Shown: in pieces, positions 1-8,432 of the stretch
Layout: each line of letters opens with the position of its first letter
Position numbering within the stretch: the stretch's first letter is position 1
Assembly (NCBI GenBank): GCA_965140445.1
Contig: OZ223236.1
Coordinates: 3,872,001 to 3,936,000 of the forward strand
DNA length: 64,000 bases
Direction: 5' to 3'
From: Candidatus Ozemobacteraceae bacterium
GTDB taxonomy: Bacteria; Muiribacteriota; Ozemobacteria; Ozemobacterales; Ozemobacteraceae
Notes under the pieces: generated by a model
Seen by the model: only the letters and a program-made list of their open reading frames with translations
The model's database searches: none
Told to the model about the DNA's origin: nothing
Program-made: the position numbers and the translations under genes

Positions 1-28
1 GATCAGAGAATTTGTTAATTTCGTTCAT
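1..28 (-). CDS. 5' end of a gene running off the window (MNEINKFSD...), possibly a DEAD-box helicase
   Basis: ATG at 28 preceded by AAAGGAAG; only 9 codons visible; KFSD resembles the F-x-x-L-G-L start of DEAD-box helicases (weak). Confidence 0.4.
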
Positions 29-273
29 TTTTCTTCCTTTGTGTAACTGCGCCCACGCAAGGGCACTAACTGTGGCAAAAGTGGAAAACAATGCGTTAGA
101 CTCTGGAGCAGAGCGGAGAACCAAACATGGCTCCAACACGTGTAATGCGCTGCCGCTTTCTTTTGCGGTAAATCATAAAATTCCATAAACACGCGCTCAA
201 CCGAGAAAGTGTGTCTTCTGAAACTGCTAAAGACGATTCAAGGAGAACCCCAATATCGAACCATAACTGTAAC

Positions 274-302
274 ATTCTACCACAAACGGTACAATTTCTC
301 AA
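274..302 (-). promoter_or_regulatory. sigma70-type promoter
   Basis: TTGAGA-17 nt-TAGAAT with TG extension, about 240 nt upstream of the ATG at 28. Confidence 0.55.
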
Positions 303-324
303 TCCAAATCGATTGTAAAAACAG

Positions 325-1104
325 CTAATTTTTTTGCTTGTTTTTTAAATATTCCTCTATCATCAAAAGACCTTCTTCAGGCACTCCCAATGCTTTTGCT
401 GTCTCTGGTGTAACTGAGCGGCTCATCCATTTTATTTCCCAACCATGGTTAATAAAAGTGTCTGCTAAAATTACACTTTTTCCAAGCCGTTTGGTTCTGA
501 AAAGACGAAGGTCTTCTCTTTTGTGCCACCATGAATAAGCAGCAACTTCAGTACAAGTAAAAGCGGGCTCATACTTTTTCAACCAGCGAGCGCCCTCTTT
601 TAAATGAGCTCTGGCTTCTTCTTCGTTTTGCCCTGACCAATACTTTATTTCTTCTTCAATATCAAACTTAAAATCGGGATCGTATTTGCTGCCAACAATT
701 TGCTTAGCCTTTTTACAAGCACCCTTCCGCTCTTCTTCTGTAACATTTTTGGGGCTAAGTATAATTGTAAAATCTGAATACAAAGCGTAAAGATAGTTTC
801 TATGAAGAACACCTTCACTAACTGCCTCTACGATTTTGCCAGTATATCCATCTTCAGTATGAATCCATGCATGGATCATGAATCCAGAAATAGCAAGATT
901 TTCCAGGTAGCCAGCCTCACGGTGCAACCCAACATCACCATATTCTAACTGGTCAACCATTTCCATTATTTCTTCATAGTCAATTTCACGAGTTACAACT
1001 GCCCAGGTAACCCATGGAAATTTATCCAATCTACGAATCTTCCCCACAAAAAATACCGCTTTTACCCACAAGTCGTGAAAAAACTCTCTAATCATATTCC
1101 CCAA
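325..1104 (-). CDS. permuted papain-like (YiiX/YaeF, NlpC/P60 superfamily) amidase
   Basis: GDV...HAWI...IVEAVSEGV...KYDPDF...FTCTEV, His before Cys as in permuted NlpC/P60; start may be ATG 1095. Confidence 0.7.
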   Translation of the reverse strand: MGNMIREFFHDLWVKAVFFVGKIRRLDKFPWVTWAVVTREIDYEEIMEMVDQLEYGDVGLHREAGYLENLAISGFMIHAWIHTEDGYTGKIVEAVSEGVLHRNYLYALYSDFTIILSPKNVTEEERKGACKKAKQIVGSKYDPDFKFDIEEEIKYWSGQNEEEARAHLKEGARWLKKYEPAFTCTEVAAYSWWHKREDLRLFRTKRLGKSVILADTFINHGWEIKWMSRSVTPETAKALGVPEEGLLMIEEYLKNKQKN

Positions 1105-1256
1105 CTTCCAATTTTATTTTTTTCTAAACTACCATAGATAAGGAATAAAGGAAATATTTCACTCTATTTTTCATTCAACATTAAACAATGAAAGAGAATT
1201 GAATGTTTGAAATGCTAATGCTATCTTTTTTATAAGCTAAGCCCGCGGAGAAAAAA

Positions 1257-1802
1257 TTGAGAATCTTTTTAAAAATAATCATACTTTTGGTATTTCTTGC
1301 TCTGGCAATTTTAAGACAAGCTGGAATAAGCCAGAACCATTCGCCAATAACTGCAGAATCTACCGCCACAAGCGTTAAGGATAGTTTGAACGGATATGAA
1401 ATAAATCATCCGGCTGATTGGCAGGTAAAGCCAACTCCAGGTTCAAAAAGTCTGGTAAAGCTCAATATGATGGACCCAACTGGAAAATTTGGACTTCAAC
1501 TAAGGGTTTATCCATCGAGAAATATCGAAATGGAAATCTTTTTAGACTGGTATGCTAAAGATTTCAAAAAAGACATGAAAGACCCTATAGAACTTGCCAG
1601 AGGAGATTTTAATGCTGGAGATGCAAAAGGAAAATTTATTTCATTTGATGGACGAAAAAGAAATAAATACTTCTTAAAAAGTTACCTTTTTGCCAACGAG
1701 AAAAAAGTAATAGTCCTACAGGGCGGATGCCCATTCATAAAAAAAGATACGCTTGAAGCAGAATTAGACAAAATCGCAGCGAGCTTAAAATTGTTGGACT
1801 AA
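1257..1802 (+). CDS. exported/membrane-anchored PsbP/DcrB-like protein
   Basis: N-terminal hydrophobic segment; GYEINHPADW and C-terminal LDKIAASLKL pattern; GGAG RBS. Confidence 0.5.
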   Translation: MRIFLKIIILLVFLALAILRQAGISQNHSPITAESTATSVKDSLNGYEINHPADWQVKPTPGSKSLVKLNMMDPTGKFGLQLRVYPSRNIEMEIFLDWYAKDFKKDMKDPIELARGDFNAGDAKGKFISFDGRKRNKYFLKSYLFANEKKVIVLQGGCPFIKKDTLEAELDKIAASLKLLD

Positions 1803-1803
1803 T

Positions 1804-1841
1804 AAAAAAAGGAGCTATCCCTTGATGGTTAGCTCCCTTTT
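1804..1841. terminator. bidirectional intrinsic terminator
   Basis: GGAGCTA...TAGCTCC stem flanked by A and T tracts between convergent genes. Confidence 0.7.
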
Positions 1842-1858
1842 ATTCAGATTTTTATTTT

Positions 1859-2356
1859 TTAATCATCACTCTCTGAATCGTCGCTGCTTTTGTCTTCCGA
1901 GTCAGAATCTTCATCCTTGTCTTCGTCTTTTTTATCATCATTTGCAGGCTTTTCAGTTTGATTTTCATCATCACCAGATACTTTTTCTTCGCCATTGTCT
2001 TCTGGTTCTTCTTTTTCTTCAGGCTCATCCCTTGCAGGCTCTTCATAAACCGGCTCTGGCTTGTATTCAGGTCTGATTTCTTCCCAGGTTTGTGCAGTTA
2101 AACTACTTCCGCTAAGAGTTCCTTCTATTTTAACCGTTTTATGCTCATAAAAATTTGCCAGTGATTTCCCATTTTCATCCATAACGATTGAATAGGAAAC
2201 GCTATCAGTATTTAACTTTGCACCAGTAATATTTCTTCCTGGTGATCTTTCAAGGGAAATAGTTCCAGTAATAACCTCTGCAAAAGCCGGATATATCCCC
2301 AGAACAAGGCATAAGCCAACGGCACCAACAAACCATTTCAAAAAGCGCACCTTCAT
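1859..2356 (-). CDS. secreted hypothetical protein with acidic low-complexity tail
   Basis: signal peptide ending AFA; about 60-aa D/E/S/K-rich C-terminus; AAAGGAG RBS. Confidence 0.65.
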   Translation of the reverse strand: MKVRFLKWFVGAVGLCLVLGIYPAFAEVITGTISLERSPGRNITGAKLNTDSVSYSIVMDENGKSLANFYEHKTVKIEGTLSGSSLTAQTWEEIRPEYKPEPVYEEPARDEPEEKEEPEDNGEEKVSGDDENQTEKPANDDKKDEDKDEDSDSEDKSSDDSESDD

Positions 2357-2525
2357 ACCAATCTCCTTTGGTTTAATCCTTATCTAAGAGTATCACTATC
2401 TGTTATTTTAAGCTCAACAATTTTTCATTAAAATTTCCCAATAGACAAATTCTTTTAGATTTGAATAATAAGGCTTGTACAAGTATCATCAATTTTGAAG
2501 CTATTTAGACTGGAACAATAAAGTA

Positions 2526-3887
2526 ATGACTTCTAGCAAAGCAAACTATCTTATAAAATCTTCCTGCAGACAATGCCAATCTTCTGTTTCAACAGAATCA
2601 AAAACCTGCCCCTTATGCGGTTTAGCCAGACCAATCGTTGAGAAACTGAATCCTTTGGAGAAAGAATATCTTAACAGTACACCTATGGTTCCTGCCAAAT
2701 TTCAGGATATGTGTAACACTGTCAATCCGCACCTGAATTTAGCTCAAAACCTAAAATCTGAACTACGAGATTACATAAACAATATTGGGAGCAGCTATCT
2801 TTTTATAATTTCTTTTCTGGCCATAATCCTTGGTGGCGGTATGTTAATGGCAGAGGTGCTTTTCCCCCTCAGCTTTATGCTTTTCTGGGCGGGACTTGTC
2901 TATGTTGGCTTTGACAGCATTAATTTCATGCGAGCTTTAACAATTACTTTTCTGGTAAAAAGGCTTCAGTTAAAAACTGGTTTAGCCCCCTACCCAGTAT
3001 TATTTAAACTTGAAAGCCAGATAGACCAAATTTTAGAAAGTCTTCAATTGCTGGTAAATTCATTTTTTGTAAGAGATTGGAGCAAGGCAAGCGATGAGTT
3101 CCAGGCATCCTCTGAGAATTTTTTAACTGCTGCACGAGTACTTACAGCCAGACTAAAAAATCATGCGACCATTTCTCTTGAAACAGCTTCTCTTATCTGG
3201 CGCAATAACGTTTATTCAATAGTAGCTATGGATTCAAGTTTTCAGGAAAAAGCAGTTGCAATTGGAAACAAAATAAAAGAAGCAGAAGCCATGATTTTAA
3301 GATACAGGTGGCTGGTAAACCTTGAAAAGATCAATGAAGTCCTTGAAGATTATATCTCAAAAGGCCTTCCCGAAGATCAAAGTGATGCCCAGATATTTGC
3401 ACAGACAATAATTGAAAAATTTAATCTGTCGCAATTTGGAGCAATATCAGAAGAATTTGTCGGCGATTTTCAGCACGTTCCATTTGATTTACCTTTTAAA
3501 TGCAGATATTACTGGCATCAGCAGTTACCGCCATTCCCTTTAAACCAGGAAGAATTTCTGCAAAAACTTGATACTCCTGCGATAAGAGAGCTATTTGAAA
3601 GTATAAGTCAGGTAAGAGCATTAAAAGCTAAGCTCGAAGAGCAAATGGTATTGTCCACAGCTTCTAAAGCGCTTGCAAATGCTGCTTCTATCGACCAAAA
3701 CACTCCTGCAACCCTTGAAGCCCAGGAGCTACTTCGCTTTCAACTCTATTCCAAGTATCTGGATATTCCAAAATTTCAACCTGAGTCTGAGCAAGTTCAA
3801 AAAGCTGTCGACAAGCTTTCGGCAGATGCAAGAGTCGCACTTGGAAGCGAAAACATAAATTTAATCTCAGGTTTAGGGAAAGAATAA
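2526..3887 (+). CDS. zinc-ribbon membrane protein, hypothetical
   Basis: CxxC-x10-CxxC near the N-terminus, two TM helices, helical remainder. Confidence 0.65.
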   Translation: MTSSKANYLIKSSCRQCQSSVSTESKTCPLCGLARPIVEKLNPLEKEYLNSTPMVPAKFQDMCNTVNPHLNLAQNLKSELRDYINNIGSSYLFIISFLAIILGGGMLMAEVLFPLSFMLFWAGLVYVGFDSINFMRALTITFLVKRLQLKTGLAPYPVLFKLESQIDQILESLQLLVNSFFVRDWSKASDEFQASSENFLTAARVLTARLKNHATISLETASLIWRNNVYSIVAMDSSFQEKAVAIGNKIKEAEAMILRYRWLVNLEKINEVLEDYISKGLPEDQSDAQIFAQTIIEKFNLSQFGAISEEFVGDFQHVPFDLPFKCRYYWHQQLPPFPLNQEEFLQKLDTPAIRELFESISQVRALKAKLEEQMVLSTASKALANAASIDQNTPATLEAQELLRFQLYSKYLDIPKFQPESEQVQKAVDKLSADARVALGSENINLISGLGKE

Positions 3888-3899
3888 AGTTTATTCCCG

Positions 3900-5786
3900 C
3901 TATTTTAAACCCTCTAGCTCCTCCCACCTTTCCAGACTGGTTAAGAGAGTTTCTTCCAGCTCATCAAGGCGGCTTTTTACAGCAGAAATATCTTCTCCGC
4001 TTTTATAAAACTCTGGATCGCCAAGTTTTTCCTGGAGAGAGCCTATTTCTAATTCTATTTTTTCAATTTGCCCTGGAATTCTTTCCAATTCCTGCTTTTC
4101 TTTGAAAGACATTTTTTTGGCTTTTTTGAGTTCTTTTTCGCTTCGGGCCTTCTCTTTTTCTTCTTTGGCCTTTTCTTCAAGCTCCAGTGCCAGCTGGCGT
4201 TTTTCCTCTATCCAGTCTTCATAGCCACCAACAATCTCACGAACTTCCCCATTTTCTCCGAAAACAATAGTACTCGAAACCACATTGCTCAAAAAAGTTC
4301 GATCATGGCAAATCAAAAGGACAGTGCCCGTATAGGATGCCAACAGCTCTTCAAGTAATTCTAAAGTTTCAATATCAAGATCGTTAGTTGGTTCATCCAT
4401 AACCAGAAAATTTGTTGGTTGCGCAAAAAGCTTGGCAAGCATAACCCGATTTTTTTCACCACCAGATAATATGCTCACCTTTGTCTTTGCACGCTCTGGT
4501 GTAAAAAGAAAATTCTGTAAATAGGTAATTATATGCGTATCTTTGCCATCAATTGTTAAGGTATCTCCGCCAGGCAAAACATTTTCCCAGATAGTTTTTG
4601 ATTCGTCCAGGCAGTTTCGAAGCTGATCAAAATAAGTCACCTCAAGATTTACACCGGTTTTGATCTCTCCTCTTTCAGGCTTTAGCTCCCCAAGCAACAC
4701 CTTTATCAAAGTAGTTTTCCCACAGCCATTTGGGCCTATGACGCCAATCTTATCCCCTCTAACTATGCTGAGATTAAAATCATTAATAATCTTCTTTCCC
4801 GGGTAACTGAAGGATATGTGTTTTGCTTCAATAATGTCATTTCCAGATATCTGGCCTTCAGCCACACTTATCTTTGCCTTGCCCTGACGATACCTTCGTT
4901 GTCTTCTTTCTTCACGCATCTTCTTAAGAGCTCTAACTCGCCCTTCATTACGCGTTCTTCTAGCCTGAATACCTTTCCTGATCCAAACTTCTTCCTGAGC
5001 AAGCTTTTTATCAAAACGCTCCCAGTCTTTTTCTTCTGCGGCCAATAATTCAGCCTTTCGAGCGAGAAAAGTATCATAATCACAAGCCCAGTCAAAAAGC
5101 TTGCCCCGATCAATTTCTACAATTCTTGTGGCAAGTCTTCGCAATAGAGCTCTGTCATGCGTTACAAACATCATAGAAACATTGGTTCTGAGAAGAAATT
5201 CTTCCATCCAGGCAATGGTTTCTATATCTAAATGGTTTGTGGGCTCATCAAGGAGTAAAACATCAGGATCTGAAACAAGGGCAGAAGCCAGTAAAACTCT
5301 TCGCTTCTGACCACCAGAAAGATCCTCATAAACCCAATTCTGATCAATGTCCATTCTCGAAGCTATTTTGCCAATTTCATCAAGAATGTTCCATGCACTT
5401 TTGGATTCAATCTCATCACGTAAAAGAGACAGTTTTTCCTGAGGATGGTGTGGGTCACTTATCAATTTTTGCTCCTCTCGATAGTATTCAAGGAGCAGTT
5501 TTCCCTTTTCACCAAGTCCGGAGGCAATTATATCAAAAACACTTCCAGAGAACTTTGAAGAAATATTTTGTGCAAAATATGCAACCTTAACACCCTGCTG
5601 AAACTGTACAACTCCACTATCGGGCTGAAGTTCGCCAGCAATAGTTCGCATTAATGTTGTTTTTCCAGCTCCATTTCTTCCAAGGATACAAATTCTCTGG
5701 CCCTTCTCCATGTGAAAAGTCACATTTTCAAGAATTGGGGTGCCGCTGAAATTTAAGGTTAGATTCTGCAAAGATATTAATGCCAT
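3900..5786 (-). CDS. uup: ABC-F family ATPase Uup
   Basis: two NBDs (GRNGAGKT, LSGGQ, DEPTNHLD; GPNGCGKT, LSGGE, DEPTNDLD), linker EEVWIRKGIQARRTRNEGRVRALK, C-terminal coiled coil ending ERWEELE. Confidence 0.92.
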   Translation of the reverse strand: MALISLQNLTLNFSGTPILENVTFHMEKGQRICILGRNGAGKTTLMRTIAGELQPDSGVVQFQQGVKVAYFAQNISSKFSGSVFDIIASGLGEKGKLLLEYYREEQKLISDPHHPQEKLSLLRDEIESKSAWNILDEIGKIASRMDIDQNWVYEDLSGGQKRRVLLASALVSDPDVLLLDEPTNHLDIETIAWMEEFLLRTNVSMMFVTHDRALLRRLATRIVEIDRGKLFDWACDYDTFLARKAELLAAEEKDWERFDKKLAQEEVWIRKGIQARRTRNEGRVRALKKMREERRQRRYRQGKAKISVAEGQISGNDIIEAKHISFSYPGKKIINDFNLSIVRGDKIGVIGPNGCGKTTLIKVLLGELKPERGEIKTGVNLEVTYFDQLRNCLDESKTIWENVLPGGDTLTIDGKDTHIITYLQNFLFTPERAKTKVSILSGGEKNRVMLAKLFAQPTNFLVMDEPTNDLDIETLELLEELLASYTGTVLLICHDRTFLSNVVSSTIVFGENGEVREIVGGYEDWIEEKRQLALELEEKAKEEKEKARSEKELKKAKKMSFKEKQELERIPGQIEKIELEIGSLQEKLGDPEFYKSGEDISAVKSRLDELEETLLTSLERWEELEGLK

Positions 5787-5862
5787 AAATGTCTCCGATG
5801 AAATTAGAGTCCCATGTTAGCAGAAAACTCCATTGTTTGCAGAACAAAGAAAGAAAATTGGC

Positions 5863-5897
5863 AAAAAAAAAGCAACTTCGCATGTTTGCGAAGTTGC
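5863..5897 (-). terminator. intrinsic terminator of the sulfur cluster
   Basis: GCAACTTCGCA-loop-TGCGAAGTTGC followed by a U9 tract on the minus strand. Confidence 0.75.
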
Positions 5898-5911
5898 AAT
5901 GTTATAACGAC

Positions 5912-7918
5912 TTATTTTTCTATCGGAAGTTCTGAATTTGAAGACCAAACAGTCCAGGAGCCATCATACAGTCTTACATTTTTTCTTCCCAATAGCTTTT
6001 TCAGGATGAAGAAAGCTTGACTTGCCTGGTGACCAGTTCGACAGTTTACAACAATTTCTTTTTCTTCCGCTGGAATGAGCTTATCATACTCCTTCTTCAA
6101 TTCTTCTATCGGCCTGATTTCAGACTCATTAACCGCCATCAAATCCTCAGTATAAGGTCGGTTTATTGCGCCAGGAATATGACCGGCACGAGCTTCATTA
6201 GACTTTTCCCCGGAAAAGAAATCTGAAGGTCTGACATCAAGAACTTTTACCCGGTTTTCAAGCAGCTCGCTTAGCAGTTCTGAAGTTTTTATGATTAGAT
6301 TATTCTGAAGTTGCGGTACAACAGATTGATAATCAACTTTAATCCGTTTGGGAATACTAGTGTCCAGAGGCTTGTTATTAGCCACCCAAGCCTTAAATCC
6401 CCCATTTAAAATACTATATTGCTTATGTCCAACAAGTTCCAGGGCCATACCAATAAGAGTTGAATCCCTGAGTTTATCATTTACAAGAATTATAAAATCA
6501 CTGTTATGGATGCCTGCCAGTGATAACTTTTCGGCAATCATTTTAGGAGGTAACATCATAGAAGGGTTGCCTTCTACATTGCCTCTGAAACTTTCTGCTG
6601 CTAAAGAAATAGAACCTGGAATGTGCCCGGAATTATATTCAGGCTGAGATCTGGAATCTATAACTACCACCTTATTAAGGTTCTTCTCCAGCCAATCAAC
6701 GTCAACAATTGGCCCACCATCCAGAATCTGGCTATTAATATTACCAGTAATTGTGCCTAAATCAGCTGCGATTCCAGAACCAAGAAACCAGGCTCGCCAG
6801 TTTCCAATCTCAGCAACAGCCCGCTCATCCAATTTTTCTGTCCTTAGTGCGGCCGGCTTTAAACATCTTTCAAACAATCCTGTTAGACCATCTGACAAAA
6901 TGTATACATTTTTAAAACCAGCAAGTTTTAAAGCCATCCAGGCCTGCCCGGCGTGAGTCATGCCATTTGAGTAAAGCACAATCAAATCGTAATCTTTATA
7001 TCTGTTAATTTTTGGAAACAGATTGCCAAGCTGAATATTTGCTGCTCCAGGAATGTGATATTTTTCAAATTCAGCAGCAGTTCTCAAATCTACCGCGATA
7101 ATATTTAGTTTTCTTGCAACAACAGCTCTTGCATAGTCTTCAGGCTCAATATGGTCTTCGGCTTTTTGAATTTTTCCAAGAAGCTGAAACAAATCGGGCT
7201 CAGAAATTTTACCAGCCAAACCAAACTTCATTGGCTCCCTTGCCGGTGAACTGGCCAGCATACCAAGTCCTACAGCTGAGATCATAAGGAGAATAGAAAA
7301 AATCCATAAAGGTGTGGCTCTAGGAGCAAGTTTTGCCAAAACAAAACCGTCTTCAATCATTTCTGATATCCAGAATGCCAGGATTGCAACCAGAACAAAA
7401 GCAATTGAAAACTGGCTATATGAAACTCCAATATCCTCAAAAATAAATCTAACACCTTCATTTTGAGCAGTATAGTAGCTTTTTATCCATGGGAATACCT
7501 CGTTGAAAAGCATGCTTCCCAGGACAGATCCAATCAAAAAGACCAAAGCATCTATTTTTCCACTGGCAAATCCAACAACTGCTGTGCCAGGGCACCAGCC
7601 GCCTATTACAAAGCCAATTCCAAAAATTATTCCACCCACAATTTGTGATAACCAAATGGTTTCAGGAAGAAATAAATTAGCAGTATCAAGCATACCAATT
7701 CCGAAAAGGAAGCCTAATCCAAGCATGGCCGTAACTACTGCACTGAACATAACTTTTAAAACAGACATATCACGGAAATAGAAAATTCCTGACAGTCGCT
7801 TTGAACTTCCAAATCCGGCTTGCTCTAATGACCAACCAAAAGCTCCACCAATAAGAAATGCTGCTAAAAATGCTGCCGGAGTACCAAGAGCATTCATTGA
7901 AAACAACGTTTTAATCAT
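5912..7918 (-). CDS. YeeE/YedE thiosulfate-transporter domain fused to three rhodanese domains
   Basis: TM region with GWCPGT; rhodanese HIPGA motifs; active loop CRTGHQAS; YDGSWTVW; probable start ATG 7918 overlapping the upstream stop. Confidence 0.85.
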   Translation of the reverse strand: MIKTLFSMNALGTPAAFLAAFLIGGAFGWSLEQAGFGSSKRLSGIFYFRDMSVLKVMFSAVVTAMLGLGFLFGIGMLDTANLFLPETIWLSQIVGGIIFGIGFVIGGWCPGTAVVGFASGKIDALVFLIGSVLGSMLFNEVFPWIKSYYTAQNEGVRFIFEDIGVSYSQFSIAFVLVAILAFWISEMIEDGFVLAKLAPRATPLWIFSILLMISAVGLGMLASSPAREPMKFGLAGKISEPDLFQLLGKIQKAEDHIEPEDYARAVVARKLNIIAVDLRTAAEFEKYHIPGAANIQLGNLFPKINRYKDYDLIVLYSNGMTHAGQAWMALKLAGFKNVYILSDGLTGLFERCLKPAALRTEKLDERAVAEIGNWRAWFLGSGIAADLGTITGNINSQILDGGPIVDVDWLEKNLNKVVVIDSRSQPEYNSGHIPGSISLAAESFRGNVEGNPSMMLPPKMIAEKLSLAGIHNSDFIILVNDKLRDSTLIGMALELVGHKQYSILNGGFKAWVANNKPLDTSIPKRIKVDYQSVVPQLQNNLIIKTSELLSELLENRVKVLDVRPSDFFSGEKSNEARAGHIPGAINRPYTEDLMAVNESEIRPIEELKKEYDKLIPAEEKEIVVNCRTGHQASQAFFILKKLLGRKNVRLYDGSWTVWSSNSELPIEK

Positions 7919-8429
7919 GCCACTGCCTCCTGAAGAAATAGGCAGCCATATACCCACCTGCAAATACTGCAATTAGAAAAGCAAAACTCCCGGTTTGAAG
8001 CATCGCTGTTCCAGAAAGAGCTTGTCCCGATGTGCAGCCACGTGCAAACCTGCTGGCAAATCCAACAATTATTCCACCAATTAGAGCCAGCCAAAACCTA
8101 CCGCTTGTTTTAAAGCGTCTTCCTTTTTCCATCTGAACTTTAATCCGATGATTTATCAAAGCAGAGAAAAAACCGCCGACAAAAACACCAGCAACCATGA
8201 AAACAAGGTAATAGCTCAGCGGCATCTCTCCCCATTTTCCAAAATATTCTGAATTTAAAACGCGGCCAGGAGTAACGCACAATTCACAAAATGAAGCAAT
8301 GCGCGCAATCCCTCCGGAAGCTCCAAGTCCTGTTCCTAAAACTATATAGGAAACCAACAGAGTTAATCCGAGCAAAAACCCTGCAAGATACGGATTCATA
8401 TATGAGTTTCTATTTTGATCGTATTCCAT
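7911..8429 (-). CDS. YeeE/YedE family sulfur-compound transporter subunit
   Basis: NPYLAG, GLGASGG, ARGCTSGQALSG; hydrophobic. Confidence 0.85.
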   Translation of the reverse strand: MEYDQNRNSYMNPYLAGFLLGLTLLVSYIVLGTGLGASGGIARIASFCELCVTPGRVLNSEYFGKWGEMPLSYYLVFMVAGVFVGGFFSALINHRIKVQMEKGRRFKTSGRFWLALIGGIIVGFASRFARGCTSGQALSGTAMLQTGSFAFLIAVFAGGYMAAYFFRRQWHD

Positions 8430-8432
8430 AAT

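Noticed and set aside
96..302. 68-aa ORF on the minus strand
   Set aside because: Its TTG start is the -35 box of the promoter; no SD; better explained as a 5' leader
1822..2076. Lys/Met-rich and His/Phe-rich alternative ORFs
   Set aside because: Off-frame and antisense shadows of the acidic low-complexity tail of 1859-2356
7911..7972. Possible frameshift splitting YeeE and YedE; ORF-track start 7972
   Set aside because: Two-gene YeeE/YedE pairs are normal; ATG 7918 has a GGAGG SD and overlaps the upstream stop
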